Virus record (IMG/VR): IMGVR_UViG_3300025098_005131
Source of the DNA: a virus
Taxonomy: Duplodnaviria; Caudoviricetes
Strand: one strand, 5' to 3'
Length of the DNA stretch: 64,000 nt
Below are positions 29,360 through 39,900 of the stretch, one piece after another. Under the pieces are notes generated by a model. It was not told the DNA's origin, did not search any database, and saw only the letters and a program-made list of their open reading frames with translations. The first letter of the stretch is position 1. Each line of letters starts with the position of its first letter. The position numbers were made by a program, and so were the translations under genes.

Positions 29360-29635
29360 TTAAATACTATCCTTTATTTGTTCTATATCACTTAAGTTTA
29401 AAGGTATCTTTAAAACAACACCTTCAGGCACTTGTAACCACCAACCTACACCACTAGCTGCAGCAATTATCCACCACAAAGATCCATCTTCATAGTAATC
29501 ATATGCATAGTGATCTAGTCGTTTACCACTTTGCGTAATAACTAAATCATAATCTATCTCTTCGTTGTTAACAGATTTGTATATATAAGGTGAAATATTG
29601 ACTTCAGTGTCATTAACTAATTTATACTTTTCCAT
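29360..29635 (-). CDS. LysM-like baseplate wedge protein (gp53/gpX-like)
   Basis: RLDHYAYDYYEDGSLWWIIAAAS...VPEGVVLKIP. Confidence 0.8.
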   Translation of the reverse strand: MEKYKLVNDTEVNISPYIYKSVNNEEIDYDLVITQSGKRLDHYAYDYYEDGSLWWIIAAASGVGWWLQVPEGVVLKIPLNLSDIEQIKDSI

Positions 29636-29638
29636 GAA

Positions 29639-32305
29639 CTAGCTTCTTTCTTTCATGTCAGTGATAACATCTCTATATATTTCTGCACGATTAACACCTG
29701 TTGCATCAATCCCCGGTGGTATATCGTGAATAGGTGCAAATTGTACTGTTATTTTGGCACCCATTGGCAATGAAACATCTCCCTCAAATCGTCCTTCAAC
29801 ATTTGTTGTTTCCCAAAGTTGGTTGTTTGTATCTATGCTTAAAGAAGTTATAAATCCAGCAAGACCCAAGCCTTGAGTCGACTCAAATGCTTTTTGATAA
29901 GGATTGTTAATTCTTTTGTCACTATTTAAATGTGCAGGAAAAACGCTTTCTAGTTTTCTCTCGTCAGAGTCTTCTGCTAAATCATAGACATTTTTATATA
30001 CTGCCTGTCTAACACTAGTTATTTCATTTTCGTGTATTAAAAAAGCATTTCCGTTATTAATTTCTTTAATTTTAAATATATAATACTTTTGTCTAAAGCT
30101 TTTATTACCCTGGGAAATAAAGGTTTTTACCTTAAATTTGTCTTTGAATGTATACATTTTTTTTGGATTAGTAACTTCCAAAGAATTTTCTTGGTTACTT
30201 CCCGAAAGATAAAAATCACTCACGCCTCTGGAACTTAAACCCTTATTCAAAAACATACTTAAGTCACCTGAAATTGTTGACATGTCAGAATTATATATAT
30301 TCTCACTATCATCATTGAAAACATAAAAAAACTTTGACTTATCAAAATCTTTAGTAATGTTAAAGCTTACTTCGCCTTCTCTAACAAGTAATTCTTTTTT
30401 AAATACTTTGTTAAATTTGTTTTTAATTCCTTTTGAATAGAGTTTTTTCATGTCATACTCAGTATAGTTTGAGCGTATAAGATCGCCGACTTTAAGTCTT
30501 ATTAAAGGTGAAGCTGTTGGAACTTGCGTAAAAGGAAATCTAAAACTTCTATTTTCTTTAAAATCTCCTGTATTTGCTGGCAGACCGTCTGACCATTGTG
30601 GATAAACTAAAGTCACTAGTTTGTTAATTTGCTGCCACATTAAAGCAAAGTCTTCTTCGTTCATTGTAACAAGAGAGAAAGATACGCTAATACTTCGTGT
30701 TGTTTTTGTATAATGCTGTGCATCATCAATTCTACCAAAACCAGTAATTGGACTATACTGAGGTTGGAAGCTATCTGAGATATTGTCTATAAAAGCATGA
30801 AAAGAAAGCATTTCATTTGTTCTAAGATCATGAAAATAAAAAGGTGCCATTTCTCTATTAAAAGCTTTTTCTATTTGATCTTTTAACTTTTTACTAAATC
30901 TTTTGTTTTGAGATGCAGCACCTTTGTATTTATATTTTTTAAAGTCTTCTCTATTAGTTGTTAATAACTCGAAATCGTATTTTATAAGTTGTTGTAACGT
31001 TGACGAAGATATGTCAGAAACGATTTTAGTCTCAGCGTCACTTGACCGGGCTTTGTCAACATATAACTCTTTTTCTCCACCTTTACCGTAACCATCTTTA
31101 AATTTTAAATCACCATAGTCATAAAAGCCTTGTGGGTCTTTTAAAGTTGAAAGACCATTTGTATAAAAAACTGATCTTTTATTTGCTGAATATCTGTTGG
31201 TATTACTAAGCAAGCCAAAATTAGCAGAATTCTGATCTGCAAAAATGGTAAATACGTTTTCTCCTTGCAAACTTTTAAAAGATCTATATCCGGCACTTAT
31301 CTTTCCAATTTGTACTCTTTCTATAATAAACTTAAAATAATATCTACTAAACTCAACAAAAAATTTATCAATAGGATTCTCTTGAGATATAGAGTTTCTT
31401 CCAATGTAATCACTTTCTGTAGTTTTAGCCTTATAAAGTATATTTGTGTGCCAATAAGACTGCATTTGAAATTTTCTTATAAGCATATTAAGTCTATTAT
31501 AACCTTGTTTAGAAAAGCTTAAGACTGTTCGAACAAATTGTTGCACAGCTGAGTCAAATGGACTCTCCTTAGTTGCCATTGGATTTTTTTTAAGCCAGTT
31601 AACGTTTTTTGGATCTGTGTTTAAAAATAAATCAAACCCGTGTATAAAACTAACAATAACTTGTGTCAAAGTCATTTCATCAAATCCAAAAAATCTTAAT
31701 CCTAAGTGGTCTGAAAAAAATCTTTCAAAGTTTGTAAATTTATCACTATTTACACCACTAATATTGTCTGTTATGAAAAAATTGTAAATTTCATTTGCAA
31801 CAATTATATAAACAATTGTGTTAATTAGATATTGAGTAACAAAGAAAAGAGCAGTTAAGTCTGCGCCTTTAGCTGAAATAAAGCCTAATGAATTAAAATC
31901 ATATCCAGCAAGTATTTCTAATTCGTCTGCAAAAACTGAAGAGGTTTGAAAATCACCATTAAAGCTATCAAACGAAGTATAATTTTTTAGTGGGCTGTCG
32001 TTATCAAAACCAAACGAGCTATTAACTAAACTTCCAAAAATATTTTCAGGAAAAATACTGTCGGTTTTCAAAGTAGCTTTTTGTTCGTCTGTAATATTTA
32101 CATCTGTAAGTGCAGCTGCTATACCACCAAGTGGTAAAACATTAAAGCCTAACTTAACGTCAGCTAAGCTAATGCTTTCTTTGTAATTCTTTTGTCTAGA
32201 AAGATAATCTTTACTAACGTTGTAAGCGTCTTCTAAAGAATTTCCATCTGTGTCGTCTTTTTTTAAAATCTTTCCGCTAGGATCTAAGATATATTTGGTT
32301 GCCAT
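29639..32305 (-). CDS. Baseplate tube-initiator protein (gp48/gp54-like domain in the C-terminal half)
   Basis: FHAFIDNISDSFQPQY...GRID...TTRSISVSF...PLIRLKVGDL...GFITSLSI...WE...ITVQFAPIHD. Confidence 0.7.
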   Translation of the reverse strand: MATKYILDPSGKILKKDDTDGNSLEDAYNVSKDYLSRQKNYKESISLADVKLGFNVLPLGGIAAALTDVNITDEQKATLKTDSIFPENIFGSLVNSSFGFDNDSPLKNYTSFDSFNGDFQTSSVFADELEILAGYDFNSLGFISAKGADLTALFFVTQYLINTIVYIIVANEIYNFFITDNISGVNSDKFTNFERFFSDHLGLRFFGFDEMTLTQVIVSFIHGFDLFLNTDPKNVNWLKKNPMATKESPFDSAVQQFVRTVLSFSKQGYNRLNMLIRKFQMQSYWHTNILYKAKTTESDYIGRNSISQENPIDKFFVEFSRYYFKFIIERVQIGKISAGYRSFKSLQGENVFTIFADQNSANFGLLSNTNRYSANKRSVFYTNGLSTLKDPQGFYDYGDLKFKDGYGKGGEKELYVDKARSSDAETKIVSDISSSTLQQLIKYDFELLTTNREDFKKYKYKGAASQNKRFSKKLKDQIEKAFNREMAPFYFHDLRTNEMLSFHAFIDNISDSFQPQYSPITGFGRIDDAQHYTKTTRSISVSFSLVTMNEEDFALMWQQINKLVTLVYPQWSDGLPANTGDFKENRSFRFPFTQVPTASPLIRLKVGDLIRSNYTEYDMKKLYSKGIKNKFNKVFKKELLVREGEVSFNITKDFDKSKFFYVFNDDSENIYNSDMSTISGDLSMFLNKGLSSRGVSDFYLSGSNQENSLEVTNPKKMYTFKDKFKVKTFISQGNKSFRQKYYIFKIKEINNGNAFLIHENEITSVRQAVYKNVYDLAEDSDERKLESVFPAHLNSDKRINNPYQKAFESTQGLGLAGFITSLSIDTNNQLWETTNVEGRFEGDVSLPMGAKITVQFAPIHDIPPGIDATGVNRAEIYRDVITDMKERS

Positions 32306-32307
32306 AA

Positions 32308-32577
32308 TTAACCCTTAATTACAGTTTTACCTGTTAAATAGTCTTCAGTGTTAACTTCTTCATAGCTTTTATGATTTTTATTAAAATCATATTGTTTTGC
32401 ACTTTCAACTTTTTCTATAAAGTCATCTTTAAAATAATTCATTTTTTTCTCAACAAGACTTTCAGCATCTTCTTTTGACATTTTAAAAAGTTCCATATAT
32501 AAAGTTGCTAGGCCAGAAACTATTTCTTTTGTGCTCTCATTTTTTTTAAAATCTAATTTTTTAACTTTTTCAAACAT
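32308..32577 (-). CDS. Hypothetical tail-region protein
   Basis: 89 aa with AAGGA RBS, between tape measure and baseplate genes. Confidence 0.6.
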   Translation of the reverse strand: MFEKVKKLDFKKNESTKEIVSGLATLYMELFKMSKEDAESLVEKKMNYFKDDFIEKVESAKQYDFNKNHKSYEEVNTEDYLTGKTVIKG

Positions 32578-32592
32578 ATATATTCCTTTATT

Positions 32593-35500
32593 TTAATATG
32601 AAGCGTCTTCTGTAGAACCGAAAGAAGAGTTTCTTGTTGTGCCGTCTCCTAGTGTATCGTATGAACCGCCAAGATTTCTATCCTTTGCAAAAGCTACTAT
32701 GTTTGCTTTAACACACTGCTTTGCAATCATTTCTCCATCCAGATTAACAGAAAGTTCTATTTTGTCAACGTGTTTAACTTGACCAGCACCTTGTGTATTA
32801 CCACTAGCAGCAGGAGAAACCATTCCTGCGATTAAACTATAAACTTCTGCAGCCATATCTCCACTATATCTTATTGCAGCATCAATAGGCCCACCACTCA
32901 TTCCTGCCATTATTTGGTCTGCAGGATTAAACAAAGTCATGTCAAAGCCATTAAGACCTCCTTGCAACAAAGCTTTACCTCCTCCTAACAAGTCTGAAAG
33001 AAAATCATTTGCTTGCCTAACTTGAATTGTTGTATTGTTTTTATTGTTTTTATTGTTTTCAGCAATCATGTCAAGTTGTTGCAACATTGCTCTTCCTATT
33101 TGGTTAGACGTTACATCCTGGTCAGAAGAGGAAGATTCAAGAGCTTTATCGACGTCTAGTCTATGAACATATTTTATTCTTTTATTTTTACTTCTAAGCT
33201 CAGCTTTAGCGTTAAGTATTTCCTTATTAGAATCAGACTGCTGTTTTTTAAATGCTTCACGCATGTATTGCAGCATACCTTGTGCTCTCATTTGATTTTG
33301 ATCTCCCGATCCTCCTCGGAAGTCTTTTGATGCAACCATATCTCTTATATCTTGAGCAGAAACTGCGCCTCTATAAAGCTTTTTAGCTCTATTAAAACCT
33401 ACTTCTTTAAGTTCTGCGTTACTTTTACTCATGCCTTCAAATGGATTTAGTCTTTCGTTAAGAATTTCTCCGACCTCACCAGCAATATCAAAAGCCATAC
33501 CTAGCACTTTTTTATTAACCCATACGAAAAAACTCATAAAAGGACCACTTGACTTTTTAAGTTCTTCAAATAACGTTTTAAAAGTATTTCTAATTGCTTC
33601 AACATCAGTTTTTCCAAGTTTGAAAAAGCTTGTAAACATAGTTGATACACTGTTTTTTTCTCCGCCATACCCTTGTAGCCAAGCAACCAAATCTCTAAAG
33701 CCTTTACCTACAAACTTAATAATGCCCGGGCCAATCGCCGCAAATCCTTTCAAGAACTTTCCTATAAGTTCTCCAGAAGCTTCCATCAACTTTGACGCAA
33801 CTGAGCCACCGGGTTTAAGGCCGCCTTGTATAGCTCTTATTGTTTTTAAAGAAAAAGTGTCTTGAACTTCTAAAAGGTCACTGTCATCTTTAAATGCTTT
33901 AATTAAAGAGTCTCCAAAAAAGTCAACGAAAGAGTTTGTAGCTTTATTTAAATCTTTTGTATTAAAAATTCCTCCTTCTTTAGACCCGGGTTTTCCGACA
34001 AGTTTTTCAAAAGTTTCTGTAATTGGTGAAAATATGCCTTTTATTTTTTTCGTAGTACTTTTATCTAAAGTCAATCCTGAAATATAAAAATCTTGCATTC
34101 TTTTTGATATTCTTTTAAAAATAGGGTCAAGACCAGATCCCAGTGTAATTGTTGCAGTTAGTCCTTTCTTGAAAGATTCAAAAAATGAGGTATCTGTAAT
34201 TACTTTTTGCATTTCTTTCAATGAGTCTGTCATGGACTTAATATTTTTTGTTTGTTGAACAGTTGGGTCATCTTCAGCCATTTTCTTTTGAATTTCAGCA
34301 TACGTCATTCCCATGTTTTTATAATTCATAACAGACTTAAGAGCTTCTGCTGAAAGACCTGTATGTTGTGCCATTACAGCTTTTTCATGACGATTAAGCT
34401 CATCAAAAGATCTGCCTGTCGCAAACATTGCATCACTAAACATTTCAATGATTTCTTCAGGTTTTTCTGCTCTTATTAATTGCAAAGCATCGACATTCAT
34501 TCCAAAAGTCTGTGATAGTAATGCTGCAGAATTGGCTGCATCTTCAAAAGTTCCAAACTTATTAAACATAGCAGATGCTTCTTTTACAGAAACACCCATT
34601 TGTGTTACTTTTGCAACAGTCTCAGAAAGTTCTTCATTTGTCAAGTGCCCAAAATTAATGATATCATTTCTTAAAACAAAGAAATTCTTTCTAACAAGCT
34701 TAACATTGAGACCAAATTCTTTAGAAACAGTCGCAGTTGATCCTGCAATGTCATCAAGCGTCTTAAATAAAGATTCACCGTTTTTTGCTGATTCCAGTGC
34801 AACATAACTAAAATCTTGCGTCGACACGCCTAAAGCTCGAGTTGCTTTAGTCAATAATATCAAATTATCAGGTGTTCCTTCTTTACTTATTTTAGCAACA
34901 TTCTCAGCAAAGATATCAGCAAACACGCCGGCATTTGTCAAAACCGACGTATACTCCTTTATTAAAGCAGTCACTCCACCGGCGCCGGAGCCAAAAAGTT
35001 TAACAAAATCATTTGTTACATTTTTAAACTTTAGTAATGTTGTAGTACTTTGCGCAAATTGTACAAGCCCTTTTGTTGCTTGACCTATTTTTCCGCCAAG
35101 TCTATCTGACATATCAAACAACTCTTTTGTTTCTTGCGCAGCATTTCCAATAGTTTCAACTATGTCTCTTCTAATAGAATTACCAATCTTTGCAGCAGAA
35201 GCTGCCATAGTCAAAGGTAAAGCAATAAAAAACTTTGTCAACTTCGCGCCTACCTTCATTGTCTGCATAAAGACTTTAACCATTGTACCACCAATTGCTG
35301 CAATGGCTACTCCTATAGGACCTAGAACTGCAGCTACTCTTGTAGCTCCAAATTTTGCAAGAGCACTAAACCTGGCAAAATTTGAAGTTGTGTTTACAAG
35401 ACCGTTATTAAGAGCATCAAGATCTTTTCCTGAATTCTTAAATGCTGAAAAGCTTTTTCTTATACCGCCTGTAAATTTGAATAATTTTTTGCCGTATTTT

Positions 35501-35856
35501 TGTAGTTTTCCGCCAAAAACGTCGTCAAGAACTTTTCCGTATGCTAGCGTTGATTTATTAAGACCTAAAAAGCTTTTTTCTCCTGATTCTGCAAAGTTTT
35601 TCATTTTTTCGCCGTATGACAAAAATTCTTTTACATTTTCAGATGCTATGTTAACAGCTTTTCCATGATCTTCCATTGCTGCTGTTTGATTTTTTAGCGC
35701 GTCTGTAGAAGCTTCCGCATCAGCATCTAGTGAAGCTGCCGCACGATTGGCCACATCAGACTGTGAGCTCTTATTTTTGGTGCCGGCTTGGGCGCCTTTA
35801 GCTGTGTTTCTTTCTATTTTCTTAAGAAGATCAACCATAAGCTCAGACTGTAACAT
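32593..35856 (-). CDS. Tape measure protein
   Basis: 1087 aa, Ala/Gly/Lys-rich amphipathic helices, FGTFEDAANSAALLSQTFG segment; canonical position after the tail chaperones. Confidence 0.85.
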   Translation of the reverse strand: MLQSELMVDLLKKIERNTAKGAQAGTKNKSSQSDVANRAAASLDADAEASTDALKNQTAAMEDHGKAVNIASENVKEFLSYGEKMKNFAESGEKSFLGLNKSTLAYGKVLDDVFGGKLQKYGKKLFKFTGGIRKSFSAFKNSGKDLDALNNGLVNTTSNFARFSALAKFGATRVAAVLGPIGVAIAAIGGTMVKVFMQTMKVGAKLTKFFIALPLTMAASAAKIGNSIRRDIVETIGNAAQETKELFDMSDRLGGKIGQATKGLVQFAQSTTTLLKFKNVTNDFVKLFGSGAGGVTALIKEYTSVLTNAGVFADIFAENVAKISKEGTPDNLILLTKATRALGVSTQDFSYVALESAKNGESLFKTLDDIAGSTATVSKEFGLNVKLVRKNFFVLRNDIINFGHLTNEELSETVAKVTQMGVSVKEASAMFNKFGTFEDAANSAALLSQTFGMNVDALQLIRAEKPEEIIEMFSDAMFATGRSFDELNRHEKAVMAQHTGLSAEALKSVMNYKNMGMTYAEIQKKMAEDDPTVQQTKNIKSMTDSLKEMQKVITDTSFFESFKKGLTATITLGSGLDPIFKRISKRMQDFYISGLTLDKSTTKKIKGIFSPITETFEKLVGKPGSKEGGIFNTKDLNKATNSFVDFFGDSLIKAFKDDSDLLEVQDTFSLKTIRAIQGGLKPGGSVASKLMEASGELIGKFLKGFAAIGPGIIKFVGKGFRDLVAWLQGYGGEKNSVSTMFTSFFKLGKTDVEAIRNTFKTLFEELKKSSGPFMSFFVWVNKKVLGMAFDIAGEVGEILNERLNPFEGMSKSNAELKEVGFNRAKKLYRGAVSAQDIRDMVASKDFRGGSGDQNQMRAQGMLQYMREAFKKQQSDSNKEILNAKAELRSKNKRIKYVHRLDVDKALESSSSDQDVTSNQIGRAMLQQLDMIAENNKNNKNNTTIQVRQANDFLSDLLGGGKALLQGGLNGFDMTLFNPADQIMAGMSGGPIDAAIRYSGDMAAEVYSLIAGMVSPAASGNTQGAGQVKHVDKIELSVNLDGEMIAKQCVKANIVAFAKDRNLGGSYDTLGDGTTRNSSFGSTEDASY

Positions 35857-35923
35857 AAAAAAATCCTTTAGTTAGTAACTATCAAATATGTTATAAGTAT
35901 GTTTATCTTAAATAACTCTAAAA

Positions 35924-36145
35924 CTAAAAAGACTTTTTAAACATGTTATTTGCTCTTTTGCTTTGTTGGGGTAAAGGATTATTGTTTTGCTGAGACTGTT
36001 TTTCTAAGTCTGTCTTAAGTTTTCTTATAAACCATATTCTTTTCCAAATAGGTAATTTATATGCGTCTGCATAAGAAAAACTTAAATGTTGCATTAAGAC
36101 ATATATTTGTTCTAAAACAATGTCTTTATTTTCAGGCGTCAGGCC
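35924..36145 (-). CDS. Tail chaperone C-terminal extension (gp51/GT-like), probably expressed by frameshift
   Basis: GLTPENKDIVLEQIYVLMQHLSFSYADAYKLPIWKRIWFI; no credible independent start. Lies in the +1 frame of the upstream gene at UUU UUU UGG. Confidence 0.7.
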   Translation of the reverse strand, partial: GLTPENKDIVLEQIYVLMQHLSFSYADAYKLPIWKRIWFIRKLKTDLEKQSQQNNNPLPQQSKRANNMFKKSF

Positions 36146-36974
36146 AAAAAAATGTAGGTCCGATTGGCAACTCAACCTCACTTTCTTCGAAGCAGTGGGT
36201 GCATTCCATAGTTGCTTTCATATCAACACCAGGCTCGTGGTTATCCAAAAATCTTCTAAGCGCCAAAGAATCTCTTGCAGGCATGTTTTGAACAAAAAGT
36301 TTAATCTTGTTTTTATCTTTAATGTTTTCAATTTGTAGAATAGATCTATTTAAGCGATCAGTCACGCTATTGTCTGTATTTAAACCGCTCTTTTTCTTTC
36401 GATCATTTGTAATCATCATTTCTTTTTCGTCATGACCAGTTAAAAACTTAACTTTAACATTCTTTTTCGTTACAGGTAAGACAACATTAAAAACGTTTTC
36501 ACCTAAAACATCTGGCTCTACTTGCAATCTTTTAATCTTTAATTCAGACAAATTAAAAGTTGACTTATTTGACTTACTACAAGCAGGACAATTTATGTCA
36601 AGCTCATAATCAGCACCGTATCCTGTAATTCTTAGCGCGACTAATAAAGCGTTTCTGTCACCTGATATTAGATCGTCGGGGTCAATTGACTTGTCGACTA
36701 AACAGCTTTTGATTAGTTTTGAAATCACTGTTCCGTTCTTAATATAAGCTCTAGAAGTAAGAATATCTTCTTCCTTAGCTGTCATAGGTTTAATATCTAA
36801 AGTTTCAGTATCATAAATACCTTTATCTTCAGAGTATATAACACCTCTAGAAGGAAGTGGAACAGATTCAATAGCTAGTTCAAAGCCAAAGTCATCTAAC
36901 ATTACATTATTTTTTTTAATTGGGCTGCTGTCTGCAATTTCTGCAGCGTCTAGCGGCTTATCAAGATTATTCAT
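36132..36974 (-). CDS. Tail/baseplate assembly chaperone (T4 gp26-like)
   Basis: LPSRG, KPMTAKEEDIL, GDRNALLVALRITGYG, CPAC, CTHC, LPIGPTFFWP. Confidence 0.82.
   Translation of the reverse strand: MNNLDKPLDAAEIADSSPIKKNNVMLDDFGFELAIESVPLPSRGVIYSEDKGIYDTETLDIKPMTAKEEDILTSRAYIKNGTVISKLIKSCLVDKSIDPDDLISGDRNALLVALRITGYGADYELDINCPACSKSNKSTFNLSELKIKRLQVEPDVLGENVFNVVLPVTKKNVKVKFLTGHDEKEMMITNDRKKKSGLNTDNSVTDRLNRSILQIENIKDKNKIKLFVQNMPARDSLALRRFLDNHEPGVDMKATMECTHCFEESEVELPIGPTFFWPDA
36144..36155 (-). other. Putative programmed +1 (or -2) ribosomal frameshift site ACA UUU UUU UGG
   Basis: A U7 run joins FFWPDA* (frame 0) to FF-GLTPE (+1 frame) immediately upstream of the tape measure gene. Confidence 0.65.
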
Positions 36975-36986
36975 TAAGTACTCCTG

Positions 36987-39900
36987 CTATACAGATTCTA
37001 TTATTATATTATTATCTTCTTCAAAATTGTTAACAAAGTTTAGTAAATTATTTGTGCTTATTAAATTAAATAAATCACTACTTTGTGAACCTTTAAAGTT
37101 AATACCTATCTCTCCGCTAAACTCATTTCTAAACTTTTGTTGTCTAGCTCTTTCTGAATTTAATTTTACAGTATTAACATAATAATCATTTATTATTTCT
37201 CTATCAACGTAGCTTAACATAAATTCATCTAAACTTAAAAATAAATTAACATCTACTCTATTATCATTACTATCTATAGTATTAGGAGAGAATAACATAG
37301 GCGAGCCATTTATTAAAGGAGCTGTGAATAATATATTTCTAAGATTTCTAGTTATATCATGATAAATTCTAATATTATGAAAACTTCTAAATACAGATCT
37401 ATTATTTGTACTTAAAGTATTAGAAGAAAGAGGTTTTACAAATCTATTTTGACTCATTAGACCTATAGGATTAATACTACAATCAAAGCTTTTTGTCTGC
37501 TTAAGTAAACTATCAAAATTATTACAATTAAACTTAAATTGCATGTTTAAAGTTGAACTTACTGAAAGTGTGTCATCAGTATTATCATAGTTTACTGTTG
37601 CTATAGGTTGAGCTAATTGTGACTTTGAGAGTGACTTAAGATAAACAGTGCTAGGAGGAATTTCAACATTAAACTCATTTGAAACTACAGCCTCACAATA
37701 ATTGTACAAAGCTAGACTATATTTTGAGTTTATAGACATTAATTTAAAATTATTAATTGTCTCGTTTATATTACTAATATCATTTAGATCATCTTTGACT
37801 GTTTCATCAAAGTTTAGTAAATCACTAGGTCTATTATTAAAATCTAAAAAGTAATAAGATTTGTCTCTTTGCTTTGAACCTGTAACAATTTCAGGAACAT
37901 CAAATATATAATTAAAGCTTCTTTTTGTTTCTGCTAAGTCTACAATTTCTTTAATCAAACTTTGAGAAGATATTCCTGGCATGCAAAACAAATCAACTCT
38001 ACAATCTGTCTCTTCTGTTGCAATTTTATATGCAGTTCTATAAATCTCTGTGGTTTGCATTTCTGCATTTGGATCTGCAGCATTATTTGTTTCTCTTGCC
38101 ACAGAAAATCCTGACATGTCTTTTTTATAATAATCTAAAATATTAACGCCATCGAAGCCACCATAACTAAAAAAGTCAAAAGAAAGAAACAAATGATTAT
38201 CAGAATAATTTTCGTCGTTTGAATAAAGAAGCTTGTTTATATCCACATATTTAAAATTATTTTTTTCATCTAACGATGTAATTTGAGATATATCTTTACC
38301 ATCTCTTCTGTAAAATGAATAGTCCCATCTTTTTGAAACGTTTATATCATCTGCGGCGTTATATAAAATCTTTTCTAGATGAAAGAAGTTATATTGGGTA
38401 TTTTGATCTAGTTCTTCTTTCCATACACTATATTCGTCTCTATAACTACTAAAATATTTTGAATATTGTGATGCTTGATCAAAACTATTTGTTACGTTAT
38501 CGTTGTATAATTCCATTATAAAATTATAATTTTCACCATCTACTAAAACGTCTCTGACTTTAGTTAACTCTGTCTGATCAAATAGCACGCCCCACGATGC
38601 ATCTTCTTTAAAAATAGGTTTTATACCTTCAAATCTTAAAATCTGTCTATTTCCAGCAAACCTCATTGGGTTTTGAATAATCGGTGTGCTGTTAGTATTT
38701 TTACGAAGATTGTTTGTGTTTATAATAGGATAGTTTTTAAAGCCGGAAGGCATCAAAGTTGTTTGGATTACTTTATCTTCAACGTCATTTGTTACTTCTA
38801 CATAAATATGATTATTTGTTTTTTTATAGTTGCCAGCAGTTACTATTTTTCCTAAATCAAAATCATAATACTCATGCTCAGTGCCTATAACCTTGCAAAT
38901 ATAATCATCGCTTTCTGGGTTTAAGTTTAAATCAATATACTTCGCAATAGAATTATATCTGTTTTGAGTTTTAAGACAATAAAAAACTTCAACATCAAAC
39001 TTAGAATATAACTTATTAGGATCTATATTGTTATAATTTCCTAATCTTTTAGGCGTTATTCTAAATCTATATTTATTTCCTTCTTCACCGTCTGAATAAG
39101 TATGAAATCTAAATAATTCAACACACTCTTTCCATATACTTTCTTTACTAGTGTCTGAAGACTGTATTGTATTGACTGGTTGCGATACTACCCAAGGCGT
39201 CTTTGCTTTTCTAAAAACATCTTTAAAACTTTGATAGTTAATAGCATCTTGGACAGCTGAGTTTTGAAATGTTATAAATGATGCTGTTGAAGCTTTTTTT
39301 GTTTTCTCATTAGGATAATCAAATAAATCAATATCTCTAAACGAGCAATAATTTAAGTGGCCTCTGTTTAAATTAAAATAACTGCTTGTATTTAACTTGT
39401 CTTCATACATACTAAATCTTTTATAAGAATCAGTTTTAAGAGGCGTTTCAATAATACTTTTGCTCGAGTCACTCAATCCTTTAATATAAATGTAAGGATA
39501 AGATATGTCAGATTCGATGATTGCACTAGGATTGTCAGACTGGTAAGTTCCTAGTTCTTGCCTTTTTTGACTTAAATCTAGCTCATCTAGCAAATCTTTT
39601 TGTAGATCTAACTTTATTCCTTGTGCTGCAAATATAACATTTGTTATAATTCCTATTGTGTCATCTGTTTGTCCTATTTGATCAAAGTAGTTTTCAAAAG
39701 AAGAAGTATATACAACTTCTTGATCGTCGTGTCCATCTGGCCCAACAAAAGATCTTTCAGAAACATATTTGCCTTCAAAATAGCATAAACCGTTAATTAA
39801 ATCATTACTGCTTTTAACGGCATATTCATTAGGGTCAAAAAAAATTTGATTTCCGACTGTAAATCCTGCGTGATCGTATTCACCTGCTTGATTTTTTTCA

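Noticed and set aside
33431-35668. Plus-strand ORFs of 119-168 aa
   Set aside because: Antisense shadows of the Ala/Lys-rich tape measure gene; no RBS or motifs.
36146-36181. GTG start giving MRLSCQSDLH...
   Set aside because: No RBS, and the segment overlaps the conserved chaperone end; a frameshift explains the downstream ORF better.
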